Source: an uncultured archaeon (GTDB lineage Archaea; Iainarchaeota; Iainarchaeia; Iainarchaeales; Iainarchaeaceae). From it: 32,000 bases of DNA. Both the position numbers and the translations under genes were made by a program. Under the pieces are notes generated by a model, which did no database searches, had not been told where the DNA came from, and worked only from the letters and a program-made list of their open reading frames with translations. The DNA is taken from NCBI GenBank assembly GCA_964577555.1, contig CAZNZM010000003.1:35837-67836 (forward strand), given 5' to 3'. This document shows, piece after piece, positions 9,077 to 17,834 of the stretch. Position 1 is the first letter of the stretch, and each line of letters begins with the position of its first letter.

Positions 9077-9856
9077 TTACAAAAATTTTTCTGTTATGCG
9101 CATTTGTTTTCTTTCAAGTCCTTTTATTTTTGCTTTTTCTTTTTCGCTTGGAGTAAGTTCAAAATCAAGTTTTGCGAATTCCAACCCGAGTTTTTCCAAT
9201 AGTTCTTTTGCGTTTTTTCTTATTGAAGGAGCAAGCAATATTCCGCGTGTTTTTATTCCTTTGAGTTTTTCAATTTCTTGCATGTATCTTTGGAGTTGTG
9301 TTACTGCTGAAAAGTCTGCTTGTCTTCTTTTGAGTTCTATTACAACAAAATTTCCATTTTTGTCTTGTGCAACTATGTCGCAAATTCCTTTTCTGAAGTG
9401 TTGTTGTTGGTTTATTGGTTTTAGGCCTGGTTCAACCATTGAAAGGTCTTCCATGAGTATTTTGTTCAAGTCTTTTTCTGAGCCGCTTAGTCTTAAATCG
9501 TCTGTTATTTCCATTTCGTGGTTCATGACTTGGTGTATTTTTTCGAACTCTATTCTGAGTAATTCTTTTGGTTTTGTTTTTGTTGCTTTTATGATTAGAG
9601 TGTTTTCGCCTAGGCTTGTTCCTATTTTCGTGTTTATCATGTAATTTGTGGGCCTTACTAGTCTGTTTTGGTGTATTGAGATTGAGCCGTCTCCTTTTAT
9701 TATCATTAACCTTTTTCCAATTGGCAATTTGGATGTTGCTCTTCCAATGTAATCTACTTTACATTCTCCTATTACCAGAACCATGTTTTTGTTGATTATT
9801 CCTTTGTCTATTTCCGATTTTATTTCTGTGAATTCATTCATGTTCTCTGCTCGCAT
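9077..9856 (-). CDS. nucS: Endonuclease NucS
   Basis: GDGSISIHQ, RPTNYM, IVAQDKNGNFVVIELKRRQADFSAVTQLQRYMQEI (RecB-like nuclease core). Confidence 0.9.
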   Translation of the reverse strand: MRAENMNEFTEIKSEIDKGIINKNMVLVIGECKVDYIGRATSKLPIGKRLMIIKGDGSISIHQNRLVRPTNYMINTKIGTSLGENTLIIKATKTKPKELLRIEFEKIHQVMNHEMEITDDLRLSGSEKDLNKILMEDLSMVEPGLKPINQQQHFRKGICDIVAQDKNGNFVVIELKRRQADFSAVTQLQRYMQEIEKLKGIKTRGILLAPSIRKNAKELLEKLGLEFAKLDFELTPSEKEKAKIKGLERKQMRITEKFL

Positions 9857-9946
9857 TTAATTAATTTGTTTAAAGGTTTTATTATTTTTTTGGAAATTGT
9901 TTTGCCTGCAAACAATTAAATATCTCTTTTAAGTAAGAGATTTAGA

Positions 9947-10573
9947 ATGAGAACTATTGATGCGAAGTCTTATGCTAATTCGTTTTTGGTTTTTGCAATA
10001 TTATTTTTAATAGGCATTTATACAAATGAACTTGGTTTTTGGAAAAACGCTGCAAATGCTTCTTTGATGACTGCGGTTTCTTTGATTTCCATAGTGCTTT
10101 TTTTGGGTCCTTTGTCCAGGTTTTTTCCAAATTATTTTATGCATGACTTGGTTTATCGTAAACCCATTGGTATTGCTGGTTTTGTTTTTACTATTATATA
10201 TTCTTGCATTTTATTTGCATTGAATGAGTTTGATTTTTATAAGCTTTTTTCTGGATCAAATTTTCTTTCGTCTTCTTATCTTGCTCTTTCCTTGTTGACA
10301 ATGTTTGCTCTTTGGTTAATTTCAATGCCTAAGTCTATTCAAGAGTTAAGTTTTGCAAGGTGGAAGTCTTTGCAAGGTTGGGGTTATGTTGCTCATGCTT
10401 TTTTGTTGTTGCATTTTTGTTTTGTTGATGCTTATTTTTTTCCGAAAACAATTACTGGCAAATTAATCGTTTTTTTGTCTATTTTAGCCATGGTTTCAAA
10501 AATTGCAGTGGTTTTAATTAACTTGCCTAAAAAGCACTCTTTGATGGAGATTAGTCGTTTAAAGAGGCATTGA
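9947..10573 (+). CDS. Integral membrane protein, weakly ferric-reductase-like
   Basis: About six hydrophobic helices; FARWKSLQGWGYVAHAFLLLHF resembles the helix-V heme region of ferric-reductase-like membrane domains. Confidence 0.4.
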   Translation: MRTIDAKSYANSFLVFAILFLIGIYTNELGFWKNAANASLMTAVSLISIVLFLGPLSRFFPNYFMHDLVYRKPIGIAGFVFTIIYSCILFALNEFDFYKLFSGSNFLSSSYLALSLLTMFALWLISMPKSIQELSFARWKSLQGWGYVAHAFLLLHFCFVDAYFFPKTITGKLIVFLSILAMVSKIAVVLINLPKKHSLMEISRLKRH

Positions 10574-11105
10574 CAATCAGAACTTTATTTTTTTTATTTT
10601 TTTTAAGCTTTTTTTTAATTTGTTTTTTTTGTTGTTTGTTTTTGGCGGGCTGTTTTTTTTGTATTGGTTTTTGTTTTTATTTTGTCAGCAAATTTTTTGT
10701 TATTTTTTTGGATTCTTTTTTTGCGAGCCGAATTTTTTTTTGTTATTTATTTTTTTTGTCTTTGTTGGTTTGGTTTTTTTTGAGCCAATGTTGTTTTTTT
10801 AAATTTGCTTTTTTTTTGTTTTTTTGGTATTGCTAGCCATTTTTTTGTCATTGTTTTTTGTGAGCTATTTTTTGTTATTTTTTTTATTTAAATTGTTTTG
10901 TCTTTTTTTTGTGGCTTGTTTTTTTTGAATTATTTTTTTTGATTTTTGTTTTTTTTGCGAGCCATTTTTTTGTCAATTTTTTTGTAATTTTATTTTTTTC
11001 TTAATTCATTTTTTCTCTTTTTTTTCAAGACAAGTTTTTTTGTCTTTGGTGGTTAGAAAATTGACTTTTTTTTGTTTTTTTGGTTTTAATAAGTTGGTGT
11101 TCAAA
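10574..11105 (+). repeat. Long T-tract intergenic array
   Basis: Roughly 0.5 kb of T tracts with islands GGCGGGCTG, GCGAGCCGA, GAGCCAA, CTAGCCAT, GTGAGCTA, GTGGCTTG and GCGAGCCAT; lies upstream of nadA. Confidence 0.75.
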
Positions 11106-11139
11106 AAGGTTTTAATTTGAAAGGCAGGCAATTTTTATT

Positions 11140-12150
11140 ATGGGTCATTTGGAAAAAGATTTTTCAAAAAAAGAAATTTTTGAAGAGGCTAAAAGGCTTA
11201 AGAGCAATATGTCTGCTTTGGATTATAGTTTAAACGAATGTCTTGTTTTTGCCCCTTTAACACTTAAAATAAATCGATTGAAAAAAGAGAAGAATGCAAT
11301 AATTCTTGCGCATAGTTATCAACGTCCTGAAATAGTTTTTGGCATAGCGGATTATTCTGGTGACAGTTATGGTTTAAGCGTTGAAGCATCAAAAACAAAG
11401 GCAGACATAATAGTTTTTTGTGGAGTGCATTTTATGGCTGAAACTGCTAAAATCATTAATCCTGGTAAAAAAGTTCTTGTTCCTTCTCTTGAAGCTGGTT
11501 GTTCTCTTGCTGAAAGCATTGCCGCAAAAGATGTCAGAGTACTCAAGGAAATGAATCAGGATGCAAAAGTTGTTTGTTATGTTAATACGTCTGCTGAAGT
11601 AAAAGCCGAATCTGATGCGTGCTGTACAAGTGCTAATGCTCTTAAAGTGGTTGAATCGATGCCTTCTGATAAAGTGATTTTTATTCCTGACAAGTTTATG
11701 GCTAAAAATTTGCAAAAGGTTTCAAAGAAGAAGATTATTAGTTGGGATGGTAAATGTGTTGTTCATGAGCAATTCAATTCTGAGCAAATAAGAGAATATA
11801 GGAGTGCCTATCCTGGTTTGGAGGTTTTGTCGCATTTGGAGTGCGACTCAAGTGTTATAGGGCTTTCCGATTTTTCTGGAGGAACCAATGATATGATAAA
11901 TTACATAAAGTCAAGTCGAGCTGATAAATTCATGGTTGTTACTGAATGCGGAATGTCTGATGTGTTGAGGCAAAAGTTTCCTGAAAAAACTTTTGTTACT
12001 CCTTGCAGCATTTGTCCTTATATGAAAAAAATAAATTTGGAGAATGTTTTGGCTTCTTTGGAGAATGAAGTTTTTGAAGTTGATGTTTCTCCTGAAATAA
12101 TTGGCAAGGCTAGTTTGGCTATTAAAAGAATGATTGAAATTGGAAAGTAA
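11140..12150 (+). CDS. nadA: Quinolinate synthase
   Basis: AIILAHSYQRPEI, GDSYGLS, VFCGVHFMAETAKI, CSLAESI, CYVNTSAEVKAESDACCTSANA, CSICPYMKKI. Confidence 0.95.
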   Translation: MGHLEKDFSKKEIFEEAKRLKSNMSALDYSLNECLVFAPLTLKINRLKKEKNAIILAHSYQRPEIVFGIADYSGDSYGLSVEASKTKADIIVFCGVHFMAETAKIINPGKKVLVPSLEAGCSLAESIAAKDVRVLKEMNQDAKVVCYVNTSAEVKAESDACCTSANALKVVESMPSDKVIFIPDKFMAKNLQKVSKKKIISWDGKCVVHEQFNSEQIREYRSAYPGLEVLSHLECDSSVIGLSDFSGGTNDMINYIKSSRADKFMVVTECGMSDVLRQKFPEKTFVTPCSICPYMKKINLENVLASLENEVFEVDVSPEIIGKASLAIKRMIEIGK

Positions 12151-12158
12151 AAAATTGG

Positions 12159-12188
12159 TGTTCGGGCAAAACGCCCGAACAATTTTTA
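12159..12188. terminator. GC-rich hairpin followed by a T tract between convergent genes
   Basis: Perfect 9-bp stem TGTTCGGGC-AAAAC-GCCCGAACA at 12159-12181, followed by ATTTTTAA. Confidence 0.6.
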
Positions 12189-12584
12189 ATATGTGTTCGC
12201 CATTGTTCTTTTTCCAAATCCATTTCCTTGTTTTCTGCACATGCCTGGTTGTTGCCAATTGTATTTTGGTTGGTTTAAACCAAGTTTTGCTTTGAGTTCA
12301 AGTGCTTTTTCCATATCTCCTTTTTCAATTGCTTTGTGGAGTTCTGAAAATGTTTGAAAGTTTTTTTCATTTATGATTTGGAATATTCTTCCGTTGGTTG
12401 GTAAATTATTTTCTTGCCTGATTTTTTTCCACTCAGCGTAATTTCCATCTTCTATTGCTTTTTCAATTTTTTCATGTAGTTCTGGATTGTAATTTATTAT
12501 TGGTTTTATTTGGTATGCTGCTGCAAAACCAGCTACAAATAGGCTTGTGGCTATTATTGTCATTATTATTGCGATTTTTTTCAT
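12186..12584 (-). CDS. Small secreted or membrane-anchored helical protein
   Basis: Start at ATG 12584, preceded by an AGGAGG SD-like site on the minus strand. MKKIAIIMTIIATSLFVAGFAAAYQ is signal-like. Two related segments: LHEKIEKAIEDGNYAEWKKIRQENNLP and LHKAIEKGDMEKALELKAKLGL. Confidence 0.65.
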   Translation of the reverse strand: MKKIAIIMTIIATSLFVAGFAAAYQIKPIINYNPELHEKIEKAIEDGNYAEWKKIRQENNLPTNGRIFQIINEKNFQTFSELHKAIEKGDMEKALELKAKLGLNQPKYNWQQPGMCRKQGNGFGKRTMANTY

Positions 12585-12700
12585 TATAATACCTCCTTTG
12601 TTTGGTATTAGAGGTTTTAGATTTTGGTTTATAAATTGGTTTTCCGGATTTATACCCAAATCTAGCCTAAATTTATTATTTTTTTGTATTTTTTTTGTTT

Positions 12701-13114
12701 TCATTCTTTTAGGAGATATATTAGTATTATTGTGGCTATTAGCGTAAATATTGAAGGTATTATTGTGAAAGGACCTAGTCCAGCTCCTCTGAATCCAAAA
12801 ATTTGTGTTAATAATGGGTTGGCTGTTAAACTTTGTGCAAATAAAGCCGATGCCATTGCGATTAGCCCCAAACTAAAATTAGATTTTAATTCCGAATAAA
12901 TTGTTGCATAATTATATATTAAATATATTAAAAGGAAAGAGTTTATTGTTGAGATAATTGTTTTAAAAAAATTTAATTCTTCGTTGATCATCATGCTTTT
13001 TCTTTGTCCTGGCGTGTAATAATAGTTTATCATTGAAACCATTAGAATTGTTGCAATTATTACAAATGCTATGACTGTTAAAGTTATTGTCATGGGGTTT
13101 TTAGTCTTGTTTTT
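12701..13114 (-). CDS. Small integral membrane protein of unknown function
   Basis: Start at the internal Met (MKNKTKNPMTITL...); about four hydrophobic segments; ends GLGPFTIIPSIFTLIATIILIYLLKE. Confidence 0.6.
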   Translation of the reverse strand, partial: KNKTKNPMTITLTVIAFVIIATILMVSMINYYYTPGQRKSMMINEELNFFKTIISTINSFLLIYLIYNYATIYSELKSNFSLGLIAMASALFAQSLTANPLLTQIFGFRGAGLGPFTIIPSIFTLIATIILIYLLKE

Positions 13115-13418
13115 CATGTTTTTTTCCCTCTTTATCATTTTGTTCGGTAATCATTTTTTTAAGTAATTCGGCGTTTTCTTTTAGTTTTTCCGAATAAAAA
13201 TAGATTTGTCCGTATTTATTTCCTATTTTTGTGATTAAACCGTTTTTTTCCATTAATTCTATGTGGTGTTGGGCTGTCTTGTAATTCATGCCTGTTCTTT
13301 TTGCTATTTCATTGAGGTTGGCTGGTTTTTTTTCTATTTCTTTTAAAATTGAAATTCTGCTTTTTCCTCCTTTTGAACCAGCAATCAGCCAATAAATTGT
13401 TTGTTGAAAGTAATCCAT
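13101..13418 (-). CDS. Winged-helix (ArsR-like) transcriptional regulator
   Basis: SRISILKEIEKKPANLNEIAKRTGMNYKTAQHHIELMEKNGLITKIGNKYGQIYFYS is a classic winged HTH. Confidence 0.85.
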   Translation of the reverse strand: MDYFQQTIYWLIAGSKGGKSRISILKEIEKKPANLNEIAKRTGMNYKTAQHHIELMEKNGLITKIGNKYGQIYFYSEKLKENAELLKKMITEQNDKEGKKHEKQD

Positions 13419-13482
13419 ACCTTAAATCTTGGTTTGAAATATAATAAAAATACTTTATTGGATTTGTATTTGTGGTGGGTTT

Positions 13483-13893
13483 ATGAAATCTTATACAAAG
13501 TATTTGAAGTTTAATACAAAAAATCGTGTTGATTTTGTTTTAATTACTAATGAAATACAAAAAGCTGTTTCAGAATCTGGTGTTTGTGAAGGTTTTGTTC
13601 TTGTAAATCCTATGCATGTTACTTCTGCGGTTATTGTAAATGATAATGAACGTGGTTTGCATGAGGATTTTAAACGGGTTTTTGAACGTCTTGTGCCTTA
13701 TAATGCGGTTTATGAGCATAATGTTGGGGAAGATAATGCGGCTTCGCATATTTGGAGGCAATTAATTGGGCATCAGGTTGTTTTGCCAATAACAAAAGGG
13801 AAGCTTGATTTTGGTACTTGGGAGCAGGTTTTTTATTGTGAATTTGATGGGCAGAGGGAAAAAAGAGTTTTGGTAAAAATAATAGGGGAGTAA
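13483..13893 (+). CDS. YjbQ/UPF0047 family protein
   Basis: EGFVLVNPMHVTSAVIVNDNERGLHEDF, YEHNVGEDNAASHIWRQLIGHQVVLPITKGKLDFGTWEQVFYCEFDGQREKRVLVKIIG. Confidence 0.92.
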   Translation: MKSYTKYLKFNTKNRVDFVLITNEIQKAVSESGVCEGFVLVNPMHVTSAVIVNDNERGLHEDFKRVFERLVPYNAVYEHNVGEDNAASHIWRQLIGHQVVLPITKGKLDFGTWEQVFYCEFDGQREKRVLVKIIGE

Positions 13894-13908
13894 AAAATTT
13901 GGGTGAAT

Positions 13909-15345
13909 TCAGTTTTCTATGTAGTGTGTTCCAATGCTTTCTTTTCTTTTTATTGCTGCTTCTATGGTGAGTTTGCAAACTTTTAGGGCTTTTTGTATTG
14001 CAATGCACTTGTTGGTTTCGTTTTTTTCCATTTTTTCTTCAAGCGCAGTTATTCTTGCAAGTCCTTCGTTAAGGTTTTGTTGTGTTCTTATTACGCCGCA
14101 GCATTTCCACATTATTTTTTTCATTGCTGAAAAGGCAATTTCTTGGTTTATGCCTTCTTTTGCTTTTTCTTGTTTTTTTGTTTTTGCAGTATTGTTTTTT
14201 CTTTTTTGTTTTGTTGCGTTTTGTGCTGCGATTTTACCCATTACTATGCCTTCTAAAAGTGAATTCGATGCAAGCCTGTTTGCTCCGTGGAATCCTGAAC
14301 ATGTGCATTCTCCTGCCCCGTAAATTCCTTTTATGTTTGTCATTCCGTTTTCATTGATTTTTATGCCGCCTATAGTGTAGTGTGCTGCTGTTTCTATTGG
14401 TATTAATTCTTTTTCAGGGTTTATTTTGTTTTTTATCAGTTCTTTGTATACTCTTGGAAATTTTTTTTGGAAGTCTGTTTGCATGTTTCTTGCGTCCAAA
14501 TATACTTTTTCTCCTTTGATCATTTCATAGTATATTGCTCTTGATACTTTGTCTCTTGTAAAGAGTGGATTGACTATTTGTTCTCCTTTGCCATTTACTA
14601 TTTTTCCGCCTTCTCCTCTTACTGCTTCGGTTATTAAAAAATTTGAGCCAAGTGCTTGTATGGTTGTTGGGTGGAATTGTATGAATTCCATTCCTGAAAT
14701 GTCGCATCCTGCGGAATATGCTATTCCAATGCCTGTGCCTATTGTTGTTTTTGGATTGGTTGTTTTTTCAAAACAGGCGGCGTAGCCTCCTGTTGCTATT
14801 ATTAGTGCATTTGAAGTGAATTCTTCTTCAATTGTTTTTATTCCGACGTAATTGTCTTTGTTTGTTTGTATTTCGTTTACAAATAATTGGTCAAGCATGT
14901 GAACGTTTGGTTGTTCTTTTGCTATTTTTCTGAGGAATTTCGTGATTTCTTTTCCTGTTTGGTCGCCGTTTTTGTGAAGAATTCTTCTTTTTGAGTGTCC
15001 TCCTTCAAGTCCAAGTTCTGGTTTTTTGTTTCCGCCGTCAAATTCAAAGCCGTAATTCATTATTTCTTTTATGCAATCAGGGCCTGATTTTGTTATTAAA
15101 TTGACTATTTTTTCGTCGCATAGCCCTGCTCCTGCTTCAATCGTGTCTTTTGCGTGTTCTTTCCATGAATCGTTTTTTCCTATTGTGCATGCTATGCCGC
15201 CTTGGGCGTGGTAGGAGTTTGAATATTTTTCATCGCCTTGGTCTATGAGTGCGATTGATTTTTTTTTGTTTTTTGACGCTTCTATTGTTGCAGACAAACC
15301 TGCTATTCCTGAGCCAATTATTATAATGTCAAATTTTTCTGTCAT
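13909..15345 (-). CDS. nadB: L-aspartate oxidase
   Basis: DIIIIGSGIAGLSATIEA, NSYHAQGGIACTIG, EFIQFHPTT, FLITEAVRGEGGKIVN, RDKVSRAI, YTIGGIKIN, GECTCSGFHGANRLASNSLLEGIV. Confidence 0.93.
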   Translation of the reverse strand: MTEKFDIIIIGSGIAGLSATIEASKNKKKSIALIDQGDEKYSNSYHAQGGIACTIGKNDSWKEHAKDTIEAGAGLCDEKIVNLITKSGPDCIKEIMNYGFEFDGGNKKPELGLEGGHSKRRILHKNGDQTGKEITKFLRKIAKEQPNVHMLDQLFVNEIQTNKDNYVGIKTIEEEFTSNALIIATGGYAACFEKTTNPKTTIGTGIGIAYSAGCDISGMEFIQFHPTTIQALGSNFLITEAVRGEGGKIVNGKGEQIVNPLFTRDKVSRAIYYEMIKGEKVYLDARNMQTDFQKKFPRVYKELIKNKINPEKELIPIETAAHYTIGGIKINENGMTNIKGIYGAGECTCSGFHGANRLASNSLLEGIVMGKIAAQNATKQKRKNNTAKTKKQEKAKEGINQEIAFSAMKKIMWKCCGVIRTQQNLNEGLARITALEEKMEKNETNKCIAIQKALKVCKLTIEAAIKRKESIGTHYIEN

Positions 15346-15371
15346 TGTTAAACTAATTTTTGTAATGTTTA

Positions 15372-15380
15372 AAATTTATA
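15372..15380 (-). promoter_or_regulatory. Candidate TATA box for nadB
   Basis: Minus strand TATAAATTT about 30 nt upstream of the nadB ATG (15345); no SD-like site adjacent. Confidence 0.4.
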
Positions 15381-15479
15381 TGCTTAAAAATTTTATTGAT
15401 TTTATGAAATTATTGTGGATTATTTTGCTTTGCTATATGTTTAAATAGTTAGAGTAAGAGATTTTTAAAGGATGAAATT

Positions 15480-15950
15480 ATGGTTAGAAAAACTGTAAGA
15501 AAGGGTGGTGTGAAAAGATTAAATCATAACCCTTTAACTCCTAAACCTAAAAATTCTGGTGTAACAAGGGCTTTAGAAAGGGCACTTGGATATGAACGTG
15601 CTGTTGCTGGTTTTATTTTGGGAAAACCTTATCCTTTTAAAGCTTTAGAAAAAATGTTTTCTAAAAACTTGCCTCCTGAATATAAAAAAATTATTTCAAG
15701 ATATTCTTTAGAACCTTTTTTGAGTCATTCAAGAGAAACTTTAATAGGAATAGATAAGAGATTAGCTGAGTTAATTTCGGAACGGAATGATTTGATAAAA
15801 AGACGTGCGCCTAAAGAACAAATAGAAAGAGTCAAATATCTGATAAATTTGAATAGGCAAATGAGGTCTGGAGTTATTCAGCAAGTTGCTATGGAACTTC
15901 ATACTATTTTTACGCAAATTAAAAAAGAATTTCACCCTATTTTAAAATAA
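15480..15950 (+). CDS. Conserved-looking hypothetical; C-terminal helical region faintly chorismate-mutase-like
   Basis: SRETLIGIDKRLAELISERNDLIKRR resembles the CM helix 1 pattern. The rest is unassigned. Confidence 0.5.
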   Translation: MVRKTVRKGGVKRLNHNPLTPKPKNSGVTRALERALGYERAVAGFILGKPYPFKALEKMFSKNLPPEYKKIISRYSLEPFLSHSRETLIGIDKRLAELISERNDLIKRRAPKEQIERVKYLINLNRQMRSGVIQQVAMELHTIFTQIKKEFHPILK

Positions 15951-16368
15951 TTAAGACAACTTTGTTTTTTTTGAGCTGTTTTTTTGTTATTTTTTTGAAT
16001 TCTTTTTTTTGTGGGACGTTTTGTTGCGCCAATTTTTTATTATTTTTATTTTATTTTTTTAAAGTAATTTTTTTTTGTCATGTTTTTTTTTGAATTATTT
16101 TTCTGATTTTTGGTTTTTTGTTTGAAATTTTGTTTTTTTGGCGAGCCAAATTTTTTGATTTTTTTTGTTTTTTTTGTTTGATGTTTTTTTTGTTTTTCGA
16201 GCCGATTTTTTGTCTTGTTAGTCAAGTTTTGTTTTTTTTTGGTTTCTCGTTGTTTTTTTATTAGTCTATTTTTTTGGCTAACTAATTTTTTTGCCAAGTT
16301 TTTTTTGCAAGCCAGTTTTTTTAGACTATTTTTATTTTTTTTTATTTTTGATTTTGTTTTTTGTTTAA
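15951..16368 (+). repeat. T-tract intergenic array between convergent genes
   Basis: T tracts with islands GAGCTG, GCGAGCCAAA (16141), CGAGCCGA (about 16199) and GCAAGCCAG. Confidence 0.75.
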
Positions 16369-17640
16369 TTATTTGAATAGTTTGTCGCCTAAAAAGTTAG
16401 CGTTGTTTCCTAGTTCTTCTTCAATTGCGATTAGGCGATTGTATTTTGCTATTCGTTCGCTTCTTGCTGGGGCTCCGAATTTGCTTTGCCCTGAGCCCAA
16501 GCCAACTGCAAAGTCTGAAATGAAAGTGTCTTCGCTTTCTCCAGATCTGTGCGAAACCACAACGTTCCAATTGTTTTTTTCTGAAATTTCCCATGCTTTT
16601 ATTGATTCTGAAACTGTTCCTATTTGATTTAGTTTTAGCAACAAGGCGTTGCATGATTTTTCAGAAACTGCTTTGCTTATTCGTTCAACATTGGTTACTA
16701 ACAAGTCGTCTCCCACTATTTGTATTTTTTTTCCTAATCTTGAATTTAATTCTTTCCAGCCTTGCCAATCGTCTTCAGCCATTCCGTCTTCGATTGAAAC
16801 TATTTTGAATTTTTTTGTTAATTCGGAGTAGAAGTCGATTAACTCGCTTGCTGAGAATGATTTTTTTCCTATCTTGTAATTTCCATTGTCAAAGAATTCA
16901 GAGCTTGCGCAATCAATTCCTAAAAATATTTTTCCATTATATCCTGTTTCTTCTATTGCTGTAAGCATTAATTCAAGTCTTTTTTCTAATGAATCTATTT
17001 TTGGAGCAAAGCCCCCTTCGTCTCCGAGTAATATTGCTTGTGCGCCAAATTTTTTCTTTAAAATGTCTTTCAATGTGTGGTATGATTCAACTCCCGCTCT
17101 TAATGATTCGGAAAAAGATTTGAATTTGGCTGGAAAAAACATGTGTTCTTGTATGTCATTTTCAATGCCTGCGTGTTTTCCCCCGTTAATGACATTGAGT
17201 TGTGGCATTGGAAGGCACATTTTTTTTCTGCCTGATATTTGGTTGATGTAGGAATATAATTCAAGATTGTTTTCGGCTGCGTTTGCTCTTGCAAAAGCCA
17301 TTGAAACTGAAAGCAACGAGTTTGCCCCTAACCTTGACTTGTTTTTTGTGCCGTCAAGAGATATTAGTATGTTGTCAAATTCTTCTTGTGTGTCAAATTT
17401 TTTTTCTTCTATAAATTTTGAAATAATTGTATTTACGTTTTGCACTGCTTTTAGGACTCCTTTTCCGAAGTATTCTTTTCCACCATCGCGCAGTTCTATT
17501 GCTTCGTGCAATCCTGTAGAAGCGCCGCTTGGAACTATTGAAGAGAATGAGCCTAGGCGTGTTTTGATTTCAGCTTGTATTGTCGGGTTTCCTCTACTGT
17601 CCAATACTTGTCTGGCTTTTACTTTTAGAATTTTTATCAT
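16369..17640 (-). CDS. eno: Enolase
   Basis: ARQVLDSRGNPTIQAEI, VPSGASTGLHEAIELRD, LLLKLNQIGTVSESI, VVSHRSGESEDTFISDFAVGLGSGQSKFGAPARSERIAKYN. Confidence 0.96.
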   Translation of the reverse strand: MIKILKVKARQVLDSRGNPTIQAEIKTRLGSFSSIVPSGASTGLHEAIELRDGGKEYFGKGVLKAVQNVNTIISKFIEEKKFDTQEEFDNILISLDGTKNKSRLGANSLLSVSMAFARANAAENNLELYSYINQISGRKKMCLPMPQLNVINGGKHAGIENDIQEHMFFPAKFKSFSESLRAGVESYHTLKDILKKKFGAQAILLGDEGGFAPKIDSLEKRLELMLTAIEETGYNGKIFLGIDCASSEFFDNGNYKIGKKSFSASELIDFYSELTKKFKIVSIEDGMAEDDWQGWKELNSRLGKKIQIVGDDLLVTNVERISKAVSEKSCNALLLKLNQIGTVSESIKAWEISEKNNWNVVVSHRSGESEDTFISDFAVGLGSGQSKFGAPARSERIAKYNRLIAIEEELGNNANFLGDKLFK

Positions 17641-17834
17641 TTTTAAACCAGATTAAATTGTGCAATTCACCTATTTATTGTTTTGTATTTTGTTGGCTAT
17701 GCGGATTAGATTGTTTGGTTTATTGGCTTTTTTTTAGTATTGTAAATTATTGTAAAACATGGTTTTTATTTTAAAATCAATGTCTATTTTTTTTATGCAG
17801 AACATTTATTAATGAAAGAGAATTTTATTTTATT

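Noticed and set aside
16046-16297. Lys-rich minus-strand ORF (KKQRETKKKQNLTNKTKNRL...)
   Set aside because: Reverse reading of a T-tract array; no credible start or conservation evidence.
6226-16368. T-tract arrays considered as CRISPR arrays
   Set aside because: No regular unit length, no unique spacers and no cas genes nearby.
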